Positions 1-8,016 of a stretch of DNA of 64,000 nucleotides are shown here, piece after piece. The first letter of the stretch is position 1, and every line of letters starts with the position of its first letter. Source of the DNA: Candidatus Eiseniibacteriota bacterium (lineage in GTDB: Bacteria; Eisenbacteria; RBG-16-71-46); contig CAVSAC010000010.1 of the NCBI GenBank assembly GCA_963725865.1, positions 800,001 through 864,000 of the forward strand. Direction: 5' to 3'. The notes below the pieces were generated by a model, which worked only from the letters and a program-made list of their open reading frames with translations, was not told where the DNA came from and did not search any database. Position numbers and translations under genes: made by a program.

Positions 1-647
1 TCGCGGTCACCTCGGCGACCGCGATCATCTTCCCCGGCGGGCGCGTGATCTGGGATCCGGTCGAGCTGCTGGGGCGCGTCGGTGGCCCGGTCGCGGTACT
101 GCTCTCGATGGTGGCGCTCTCGATCGCGACGCTCACCACCAACCTCGCCGCGAACGTGGTCTCGCCCGCGAACGACTTCAGCAACCTGGCGCCGCGCCTG
201 ATCTCGTTCCGCACCGGCGGCATCCTGACGGCGGTGATCGGCGTGCTGATCATGCCCTGGAAGCTGCTCGAGAGCTCGCACGGCTACATCTTCACGTGGC
301 TGGTCGGCTACTCCGCGCTGCTCGGGCCGATCGGCGGCATCCTGATCGCGGACTACTTCGTGGTGCGGCGCACCCGGCTCGACGTGGACGACCTGTACCG
401 CCACGCCGGCCGCTACGGCTACACCGGCGGCGTCCACCTCGCCGCGATGATCGCGCTGCTGCTGGGGGTCGCGCCGAACGTGCCCGGGTTCCTGGCCGAG
501 GCGTTCCCCGCGCACTTCCCGAGCGTGGCGCCGCTGTGGCGCGGCGTCTATGGATACGCATGGTTCGTGGGCTTCGGGGTGGCCGCGCTGGTCTACCTCG
601 CGCTGGTGTGGCGACCGGGCGCGGAGCGCGAGCCAGCGATGCGCTAA
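1..647 (+). CDS. NCS1 family nucleobase:cation symporter (5'-truncated by window edge)
   Basis: Multi-TM protein with NCS1-type motifs 'TTNLAANVVSPANDFSNLAP', 'PWKLL', 'LLGPIGGILIADYF'; frame is open to the window edge. Confidence 0.9.
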   Translation, partial: AVTSATAIIFPGGRVIWDPVELLGRVGGPVAVLLSMVALSIATLTTNLAANVVSPANDFSNLAPRLISFRTGGILTAVIGVLIMPWKLLESSHGYIFTWLVGYSALLGPIGGILIADYFVVRRTRLDVDDLYRHAGRYGYTGGVHLAAMIALLLGVAPNVPGFLAEAFPAHFPSVAPLWRGVYGYAWFVGFGVAALVYLALVWRPGAEREPAMR

Positions 648-835
648 CGCCGACAGAGGAGCGCGGCACACGCGACGGCGATGCGCCGGTCGCGGCCGGC
701 CGCGCGCTGCTCCCGCCCGCCCACGTGTTCCGCCGAGTCCGGCCGCGTTGTGACGCAGCGCCGGACGCTGCCTCCTTCAGATCGAGAGACACCCTTGCCG
801 GCCCCCCGCCGGGCCCCGCACCCTTGGAGCCCCGC

Positions 836-949
836 ATGCACCAGCGCCGCTCGACCTCCCTGCGCGTCCGATTCCTGCTGTTCTTCGCCCTGCTTCTGCT
901 GCTCGCATTGCCGCTGGTGGTGGCGGCGATGCGCGCGCGCCCCAGCTAG
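836..949 (+). CDS. Small (37 aa) single-pass membrane protein
   Basis: ATG at 836 with GGAG at 826-829; MHQRRSTSLRVRFLLFFALLLLLALPLVVAAMRARPS; its stop shares the CTAG at 946-949 with the convergent gene. Confidence 0.45.
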   Translation: MHQRRSTSLRVRFLLFFALLLLLALPLVVAAMRARPS

Positions 950-1785
950 CCGGGAGCCCGCCGGCGGCGGCTGCCGCGCAGGCCGCGTAGCTCCAGCACC
1001 TCGCGGGCGATCTCCTCGACCGCCTTGTACGAGGCGTCGATGGTGCGCCAGCCGTGCTCGTCCATCACGCGCTTGGCTTCCAGCACCTCGCGCTTGATGG
1101 CGTGCTCGTCCAGATAGGACTCCAGCGGCGCGCGGCCCAGCATGTGGGCGCGCGCCTCGCGCACGGTCGCGAGCCGCAGCGCGTTCACGTGCAGTCCGAC
1201 GACCTTCGCCGGGTCGAGCGCGATCAGCTCCGCGGGCGCCGGAATGCCCGGCACCAGAGGCACGTTCGCGGCCTTGATGCCCTCGTAGGCGAGGTAGAAG
1301 CTGGTCGAGGTCTTCGCGGAACGCGACACCCCGGTCAGCACCACGTCCGCCAGCGCGAGGCCGTCGAGGTGCAGCCCGTCGTCGTGCTGGAACGTGTAGT
1401 CGATGGCGTCGTGGCGGTCGAATCGCTCGCGCTCGGAGGAGTACAACAGGCCGGGACGCGAGCGCGGCGCGGCCTTGAACAGGTCGTGGAGCGCGGAGAA
1501 CGCCGGCCCCAGCACGTCCACCGTCGAGACCGCCGCCGCGGTGGCCGCGGCTACCATGGCCTCGCGGGTCTCGCGGCCCACGAGGGTGTAGAAGATCACC
1601 GCGCGCGTGCGCGCCGCGCGGCGCACGATCGCCTGCACGCGCGCCGCCGTGCGCACCTGGCCGCGGCGGATGACGTCGTAGCGCTGGCCCTCGAACTGGA
1701 CCAGCGCGGCGCTGAGCAGTTGGGCACAGGTGTCGCCGCGGCCGTCGGAGAGCACGAAGATGGTGGGCGGGTGCGAGCGGGGCAT
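946..1785 (-). CDS. ppsR: PEP synthase/PPDK regulatory protein (DUF299 kinase/pyrophosphorylase)
   Basis: Motifs 'IFVLSDGRGDT', 'AIDYTFQHDDG', 'ADVVLTGVSRSAKT', 'AANVPLVP', 'IDASYKAVEEIA'. Confidence 0.9.
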   Translation of the reverse strand: MPRSHPPTIFVLSDGRGDTCAQLLSAALVQFEGQRYDVIRRGQVRTAARVQAIVRRAARTRAVIFYTLVGRETREAMVAAATAAAVSTVDVLGPAFSALHDLFKAAPRSRPGLLYSSERERFDRHDAIDYTFQHDDGLHLDGLALADVVLTGVSRSAKTSTSFYLAYEGIKAANVPLVPGIPAPAELIALDPAKVVGLHVNALRLATVREARAHMLGRAPLESYLDEHAIKREVLEAKRVMDEHGWRTIDASYKAVEEIAREVLELRGLRGSRRRRAPG

Positions 1786-1873
1786 GGCCGCGAGTCTAGG
1801 CGATCCGCCCGGCGTCGGCGACGGCGCCGGGTCGTGAGACGCCGGCGCCGCCTGGGGGGCCGTGCAGCCGAAG

Positions 1874-3253
1874 CTAGAACTGCGCCTTCTCGGTGCTGCC
1901 CTCGAGCGCGAGCGTGGAAGCCTGCCCGTCGGCGATCACCTGCATGACCTGGTCGAAGTAGCCGGTGCCCACCTCGCGCTGGTGGCGCGTGGCGCTGTAG
2001 CCGTGCGCCTCCGCCGCGAACTCCGCCTCCTGCAGGTCCGCGTAGGCCGACATGCCGCGCGCGCGGTAGTCGCGGGCGAGCTCGAACATCGCGTGGTTCA
2101 GGCTGTGGAAGCCCGCCAGCGTGACGAACTGGAACTTGTAGCCCATCGCGCCCAGCTCGCGCTGGAAATGGGCGATGGTCGCGGAGTCGAGCTTGGCCTT
2201 CCAGTTGAACGACGGGCTGCAGTTGTACGCCAGCAGCTTGCCGGGGAAGTCGCGGTGGATGCCCTCCGCGAAGGCCTTCGCCTCCGCGAGGTCGGGGGTC
2301 GAGGTCTCGCACCAGACCAGGTCCGCGAAGGGGGCGTACGCGCGCCCGCGGGCGATCGCGCACTCGAGGCCACCGCGGTAGCGGTAGAAGCCCTCGGCGG
2401 TGCGCTCGCCGGTCAGGAACTCGGAGTCGCGCGGGTCCACGTCGCTGGTCAGCAGGCGCGCGCTGTCGGCGTCGGTGCGCGCGATGATCAGCGTCGGGAC
2501 GTCCATCACGTCGGCCGCCAGCCGCGCCGCGACCAGCGTGCGGATGAAGTGCCCGGTCGGGACGAGCACCTTGCCGCCGAGGTGCCCGCATTTCTTCTCG
2601 GACGAGAGCTGGTCCTCGAAGTGCACTCCGGCGGCCCCCGCCTCGATCATCGACTTCATCAGTTCGTACGCGTTCAGCGGGCCGCCGAAGCCGGCTTCGG
2701 CGTCCGCCACGATCGGCACCGTCCAGTGCCGGCGGGACATCGCCGGCTTGCCGTTGCCGTTGCCGTTCGCGTGGCCGTTGAGGTGCCCGGAGGCGGCCGG
2801 CGCCGCATGCGCCTCGGCGTACTCGATCTGGTCGGCGCGCAGGAGCGCCTGGTTCAGGCGTCGCACCACCTGCGGCACGCTGTTCGCCGGGTAGAGGCTC
2901 TGGTCGGGGTACGTCTGCCCGGCCAGATTGGCGTCGGCCGCCACCTGCCAGCCGGAGAGGTAGATCGACTCGAGCCCCGCCTTGACCTGCTGCACCGCCT
3001 GGCCGCCGGTGAGCGCGCCGAGCGAATTCACGTAGTCACGCGTGTTGAGTAGGTGCCACAGCCGCCGCGCGCCCATCGAGGCGAGCGTGTACTCGATGCG
3101 CACGCTGCCGCGCAGCCGCTCCACGTCCACCGCGGTGTAGGGACGCTGGATGCCGTCCCAGCGGCCGCGTGGGACGAGGCGGTCCCAGGGTTCCTGGGAA
3201 GCCGCGGTCTCGGGAGTCCACGGGTGATCGTGCGGGATGCGCGAGGCGGTCAT
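1874..3253 (-). CDS. aceA: Isocitrate lyase
   Basis: Catalytic KKCGH motif, '[13 protein letters not shown]', '[11 protein letters not shown]', '[11 protein letters not shown]'. Confidence 0.98.
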   Translation of the reverse strand: MTASRIPHDHPWTPETAASQEPWDRLVPRGRWDGIQRPYTAVDVERLRGSVRIEYTLASMGARRLWHLLNTRDYVNSLGALTGGQAVQQVKAGLESIYLSGWQVAADANLAGQTYPDQSLYPANSVPQVVRRLNQALLRADQIEYAEAHAAPAASGHLNGHANGNGNGKPAMSRRHWTVPIVADAEAGFGGPLNAYELMKSMIEAGAAGVHFEDQLSSEKKCGHLGGKVLVPTGHFIRTLVAARLAADVMDVPTLIIARTDADSARLLTSDVDPRDSEFLTGERTAEGFYRYRGGLECAIARGRAYAPFADLVWCETSTPDLAEAKAFAEGIHRDFPGKLLAYNCSPSFNWKAKLDSATIAHFQRELGAMGYKFQFVTLAGFHSLNHAMFELARDYRARGMSAYADLQEAEFAAEAHGYSATRHQREVGTGYFDQVMQVIADGQASTLALEGSTEKAQF

Positions 3254-3284
3254 GATGGATCCTCCGGTCGAGGGGGCGCGGCGC

Positions 3285-4916
3285 TCAGTGATCCGTGGGT
3301 GCGTCGTGGATGCGGCACAATTCGTCGTAAGCGGGCAGCGTCAGGAACTCCTCCATCGTGGGCGCGGTGGCGACGCGCAGGAACAGCCGCGTGGCCTCCT
3401 CGAACCGTCCCTGGGCGAAGCGCTCGATTCCGATGTCGCGCGCCAGGCGCTCCATCTCCTCGCGCAGCACCTGCTCCACCAGCTCGCGGCTCACGCGGCG
3501 GCCGTCGGCGAGCGTCGCGCCGTGATGGAGCCACTGCCAGACCTGGCTGCGGGAGATCTCGGCGGTGGCCGCGTCCTCCATCAGGTTGTAGAGCGGCACG
3601 CAGCCGAGGCCGCGCAACCACGCCTCGAGGTACTGCACGCCGACCCGCACGTTGAGGCGCAGTCCGTCCTCGGTGCGGGTGCCGGTGGGAACCCGCAGCA
3701 GATCGGTCGCGGTGACCTCGACGTCCTCCCGCAGGCGATCGAGCTGGTTCGCTCCCTTCATGTGAACGTCGAAGACCTCGCGCGCGACCGGCACCAGGCC
3801 CGGGTGGGCGACCCAGGTGCCGTCGTGACCGTCGCGCACTTCGCGCAGCTTGTCCGCGCGCACGCGCGCGAGCGCCGCGGCGCTCGCGTCGGGGTCGCTC
3901 TTGATCGGGATGAACGCCGCCATGCCGCCGATCGCGTGCGCGCCGCGGCGGTGGCAGGTGCGCACCGCGAGCTGCGTGTAGGCGCGCATGCACGGCTGCT
4001 CCATGGTGACCTGGCCGCGGTCGGGCAGCAGCGCGGCGGGATCGTCGCGGCGCGTCTTGATGAACGAGAAGATGTAGTCCCAGCGCCCGCAATTGAGGCC
4101 GACCGAGTGCTCGCGCAGCTCATAGAGGATCTCGTCCATCTCGAACGCGGCGGGGAGCGTCTCGATCAGACAGGTCGCCTTGATGGTGCCGCGCGGGATA
4201 CCGAGGGCCTGCTGGGCGTGGACGAACACCTCGTTCCATAGCCGCGCCTCGAGATGGCTCTCCAGCTTGGGCAGGTAGAAGTACGGCCCGGTGCCGCGCG
4301 CGAGTAGCTCGGCGGCGTTGTGGAACAGATAGAGCCCGAAGTCGAACAGGCAGCCCGGGATGGGGCGGCCGTCGACTTGCACGTGGCGCTCCTTCAGGTG
4401 CAGTCCGCGCGGACGCACCATGAGCGTCGCGACGCGCGCGTCGAGCTGGTACGAGCGGCCGCTCTGCGGGTCCGCGTAGGTGATGCGGCGGCGCACGGCG
4501 TCGCGCAGGTTGACCTGGCCATCGAGCAGGTTCGACCAGGTCGGAGCGTTCGAGTCCTCGAAGTCGGCCATGAAGACGTCGGCACCCGAATTGAGCGCGT
4601 TGATGATCATCTTGCGGTCGACCGGACCGGTGATCTCGATCGCTCGCCGGGTGAGGTCGTGCGGGTGGGGAGCCACCGTCCAGCTCGCGCTGCGTACCGC
4701 GGACGTGGAAGCCAGGAAGTCGAGCGGCTCCCCCGCAGCGCGCCGCGCTCGACGCTCGACGCGCGCCTCGAGCAGCGCGTCGATCCGCGCCCCGAATCGG
4801 CCAGCGAGGTCGACGACGAAGGCCAGCGCCTCGGGCGCGAGGATGGACTCGTGCTCGGGGTTCACGGGGCTGTTGATGACGGTCCCTTCCGGGCTACCAC
4901 TGAGGTCGTGTCGCAT
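3285..4916 (-). CDS. aceB: Malate synthase A
   Basis: '[19 protein letters not shown]', '[19 protein letters not shown]', '[11 protein letters not shown]', '[13 protein letters not shown]'; start placed at ATG 4916 downstream of AAAGGAG. Confidence 0.97.
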   Translation of the reverse strand: MRHDLSGSPEGTVINSPVNPEHESILAPEALAFVVDLAGRFGARIDALLEARVERRARRAAGEPLDFLASTSAVRSASWTVAPHPHDLTRRAIEITGPVDRKMIINALNSGADVFMADFEDSNAPTWSNLLDGQVNLRDAVRRRITYADPQSGRSYQLDARVATLMVRPRGLHLKERHVQVDGRPIPGCLFDFGLYLFHNAAELLARGTGPYFYLPKLESHLEARLWNEVFVHAQQALGIPRGTIKATCLIETLPAAFEMDEILYELREHSVGLNCGRWDYIFSFIKTRRDDPAALLPDRGQVTMEQPCMRAYTQLAVRTCHRRGAHAIGGMAAFIPIKSDPDASAAALARVRADKLREVRDGHDGTWVAHPGLVPVAREVFDVHMKGANQLDRLREDVEVTATDLLRVPTGTRTEDGLRLNVRVGVQYLEAWLRGLGCVPLYNLMEDAATAEISRSQVWQWLHHGATLADGRRVSRELVEQVLREEMERLARDIGIERFAQGRFEEATRLFLRVATAPTMEEFLTLPAYDELCRIHDAPTDH

Positions 4917-4929
4917 GTGAAGAGTTTGA

Positions 4930-5039
4930 CGCTCCTTTCGTGAAACAGACACTAAGAATCTGCGCCGCAGCCAATTATCTTGTAACAGTCAGAAAGCACG
5001 TGACAGTCAATCTGTGAAGCTAGTAAAGTCCATCGTGCC
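4930..5039. promoter_or_regulatory. AT-rich divergent aceB/regulator control region with ACAGTCA direct repeat (4985-4991, 5003-5009)
   Basis: Strongly AT-rich stretch between divergent genes; the second copy lies in the near-palindrome TGACAGTCA. Confidence 0.55.
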
Positions 5040-6479
5040 ATGACCACCAGCGGCAAGGGACTCGGGAGGAAGGTGCGCTCGCTGCGCTCGCGGGCCGGGC
5101 TCACCCAGACCGCGCTCGCCGAGCGCCTGGGCGTGTCTCCGTCCTATCTCAACCTGATCGAGAACGACCGGCGCCCCCTCCCCGCCGGCCTCCTGATCCG
5201 CCTGGCCCAGGTGCTGGACCTCGATCTCAAGGCACTCTCGGCGACCGGTGAAGCCCGCCTGGCGGCCGACCTCGCCGAGGTGTTCGCCGATCCGCTGTTC
5301 GAGGGCTTGACCCCTCCCGAGCGGGAGGTGCACGAGCTCGCGGCCGCGATCCCCGAGGTGGCGCGGGCGGTCGTCCACCTGCATCACGCCTACCGCGCGA
5401 CGCACGCCTCGGAGCAGACCCTCGCAGCCCAGGTGCTCGACCGCCAGGACGTGAGCGGCGTCGACCGCACCACGCTCTCCTCCGAGCAGGTCTCGGACTT
5501 CCTGCAGCGGCACGCGAACTACTTCGACGAGATCGAGCACGAGGCCGAACGCGTGTGGGCCGATGGCCAGTTCGCGGGCGAGGACCTGTTCGGCGCGCTG
5601 TGCGCGTACGTCGAGCGGCGCCACCAGGTGGCCGTTCAGGTCGCCAAGGTCGGACCCATGAAGGGCGCGGTGCGCCGCTTCGATCCCGCCGCACGCACGC
5701 TCGCGCTCTCCGAGGTGTTGCGACGCGGCTCGCGGAACTTCCAGGTCGCCTACCAGATCGGCCTGCTCGAATGCGGGCCGCTGCTCGATCAGCTCACGCG
5801 CGACCCCGCGCTCACCACCGACGAGTCGAGGGTGCTGGCGCGCGTGACGCTCGCGAACTACTTCGCCGCCGCCGTGTTGATGCCCTACGAGGCGTTCCGG
5901 CGCGCGGCCGAGGAGGAGCGCTACGACCTCGACCTGCTCCAGCATCGCTTCCGCGTGAACTTCGAGCAGGTCGGACACCGTGTGTGCACGCTCCAGCGCA
6001 AGGGTGCCGAGGGCGTGCCGTTCTTCATGGTGCGCATCGACCTGGCGGGCAACATCTCGAAGCGCTTCAGCGCGAACGCGGTGGGTTTTCCGCGCTTCGG
6101 CGGCCTGTGCCCGCTGCGCAATGTGCACGCCGCGTTCCTGCAGCCGAACGTGCTGAGGCTCCAGCTCTCGCGGCTGTCGGAGGGGACCGCCTTCTTCTCG
6201 GTGGCACGCACCATCCGCCGCCATCGTGGCGGGTTCCACGCGCCCGAGGTGCTCTACGCGATCGAGTTGGGCTGCGAGCTCGAGCACGCGCGGCGGCTGG
6301 TGTACGCCGACGGCATCGCGCTCGAGAGCGCCGCCGGCGTGGTGCCGGTGGGCCTCACGTGCCGGCTCTGCGAGCGGATGGACTGCCGCGCGCGGGCGTT
6401 CCCCTCGATCCAGCGCAGACTCGACCTGAACGAGAACGTTCGCGGCGTCTCCTTCTTCGCGCCGGTCGACGACCTCTGA
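5040..6479 (+). CDS. XRE-family short-chain fatty acyl-CoA regulator (RamB/ScfR family)
   Basis: N-terminal HTH 'LTQTALAERLGVSPSYLNLIENDRRPL'; 'LANYFAAAVLMPY'; 'RIDLAGNISKRFS'; C-terminal 'CRLCERMDCRARAFP'; divergent from aceBA. Confidence 0.92.
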   Translation: MTTSGKGLGRKVRSLRSRAGLTQTALAERLGVSPSYLNLIENDRRPLPAGLLIRLAQVLDLDLKALSATGEARLAADLAEVFADPLFEGLTPPEREVHELAAAIPEVARAVVHLHHAYRATHASEQTLAAQVLDRQDVSGVDRTTLSSEQVSDFLQRHANYFDEIEHEAERVWADGQFAGEDLFGALCAYVERRHQVAVQVAKVGPMKGAVRRFDPAARTLALSEVLRRGSRNFQVAYQIGLLECGPLLDQLTRDPALTTDESRVLARVTLANYFAAAVLMPYEAFRRAAEEERYDLDLLQHRFRVNFEQVGHRVCTLQRKGAEGVPFFMVRIDLAGNISKRFSANAVGFPRFGGLCPLRNVHAAFLQPNVLRLQLSRLSEGTAFFSVARTIRRHRGGFHAPEVLYAIELGCELEHARRLVYADGIALESAAGVVPVGLTCRLCERMDCRARAFPSIQRRLDLNENVRGVSFFAPVDDL

Positions 6480-6541
6480 CCCCTGGCGCGACCGCGCACC
6501 CCCCGCGCCGCTCGCGGGCTCCACCGCTCGTGCCGATCCGC

Positions 6542-7243
6542 TCAGCGCTTCAGGAACTCCAACACGCGGGCATTCACGAGCTCGGGCTGCTCGAGCATCG
6601 CGCCGTGCGAAGCTCCGGGCACGATCCACACCGTCGCGCCCGGGATGGACAGCGCCAGCTGCTCGGTGTGCTCGGGGCGGATGAGGTCGTGCTCGCCGGC
6701 GCAGATCAGCGTTCGCGCGCGGATCGAACCCAGCTCGCGCGGCGTGAGGTTGGGCTGCGTGCGCCACATGTCGAGGATCTTGGTCATCGCGCTGTCGAAG
6801 TGCGCCGGATCGGGCGCCAGCCGTGCGTACTCGGCGCGCGCTCCCGGCCCCAGGCTGTCGGGAGTGGCCGTGCGGTTCCACTCGACGTCCTGCGGGTTGA
6901 GCCCATCCGGCGTGAAGTTGGCCCCGAACGTGACGAGGTGACGCACGCGCGTCGGATGGTGGATCGCGAGATCGAGCCCCACGATCCCGCCGTCGCTCCA
7001 GCCCATGAGATCCGTCCGCCGGATGCCGAGTCGATCGAGCAGCGCGACCACGTCCTCGGCCATCGCGTGGTAGCTGAGTGGCCCCGGGCGGTCGCTCGTG
7101 CGCCCCTGCGCGCACAGGTCGGGGACGACCAGGTGGTGGTGGAGCGCGAACGCGGGCACCTGGTGCGCGAACTGCATGCCGTTGCCCATGCCGCCGTGCA
7201 GCAACACGAGCACCGGCCCACGACCGTGCTCCTCCACGTACAT
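6542..7243 (-). CDS. Alpha/beta hydrolase (true start probably further upstream, ~7414-7425, with signal peptide)
   Basis: 'LLHGG', nucleophile elbow GWSDG, C-terminal SHG; the upstream in-frame sequence encodes a signal-peptide-like 'RATLAALALAASLVTGA'. Confidence 0.85.
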   Translation of the reverse strand: MYVEEHGRGPVLVLLHGGMGNGMQFAHQVPAFALHHHLVVPDLCAQGRTSDRPGPLSYHAMAEDVVALLDRLGIRRTDLMGWSDGGIVGLDLAIHHPTRVRHLVTFGANFTPDGLNPQDVEWNRTATPDSLGPGARAEYARLAPDPAHFDSAMTKILDMWRTQPNLTPRELGSIRARTLICAGEHDLIRPEHTEQLALSIPGATVWIVPGASHGAMLEQPELVNARVLEFLKR

Positions 7244-7421
7244 GCGGATGCCCCGCAGCGCGACGAAGCGTCCCCCGGCCGTCGGCGCCGCGCCGGTGAC
7301 GAGCGACGCAGCCAGCGCGAGCGCTGCGAGGGTGGCGCGCGTGCGGGCACTGCGTCGTCCGGCCCGCGCGGGCGGGTGCGGCGGAGAGACGCGGGTCGGC
7401 AGGGCGGCGTTCAGAAGGTCC

Positions 7422-7982
7422 TCATCCCTGCGGTCTCACCGCGCTCTTGAGGCGCTCGCGGTACTTCGCCCGCAGCTTCTGGATCTTGGGCGTGATGGTG
7501 GCCCGGCAGTACGGCTGCGCGGCGTTCCGCTGGTAGTAGTCGCGATGGTAGGCCGGCGCCTCGTGGAACCGTTCGAAGGGCACCACTTGCGTGACGATCG
7601 GCGCGTCGAACACTCGTGCGACGGTCAGCGCCGCGATCACCTCGCGCGCCACCCGCTCTTGCTCGGGCGAGTGCGTGAAGATGACCGAGCGGTACTGCGT
7701 GCCGATGTCGGCGCCCTGACGATCGAGCGTGGTCGGATCGTGGAACGCGAAGAAGATCTCGAGCAGCTCCCGATACGGTAGGACGTCGGGATCGAACGCG
7801 ACCTGCACCACCTCCGCGTGCCCGGTGGTGCCGGAGCACACCGCCTCGTACGATGGCTGCTCGACATGGCCTCCGGAGAACCCGGAGTTCACCTCGTTGA
7901 CGCCCAGCAATTCGTCGAACACCGCCTCGATGCACCAGTAGCAGCCACCTCCCAGGGTGGCGGTCTCGGTCCGCTGAGCCAT
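7422..7982 (-). CDS. msrA: Peptide methionine-S-sulfoxide reductase
   Basis: GGCYWC active site, 'TGHAEVVQV', 'HDPTTLDRQGADIGTQYRS', 'YHRDYY...PYC'. Confidence 0.96.
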   Translation of the reverse strand: MAQRTETATLGGGCYWCIEAVFDELLGVNEVNSGFSGGHVEQPSYEAVCSGTTGHAEVVQVAFDPDVLPYRELLEIFFAFHDPTTLDRQGADIGTQYRSVIFTHSPEQERVAREVIAALTVARVFDAPIVTQVVPFERFHEAPAYHRDYYQRNAAQPYCRATITPKIQKLRAKYRERLKSAVRPQG

Positions 7983-8016
7983 GCCGTCCGTCTCCTCTCG
8001 CCGACGCGCCCGCGCG

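Noticed and set aside
7422..7982. msrA as a second selenoprotein
   Set aside because: Active-site GCYWC is encoded by Cys codons; no in-frame UGA.
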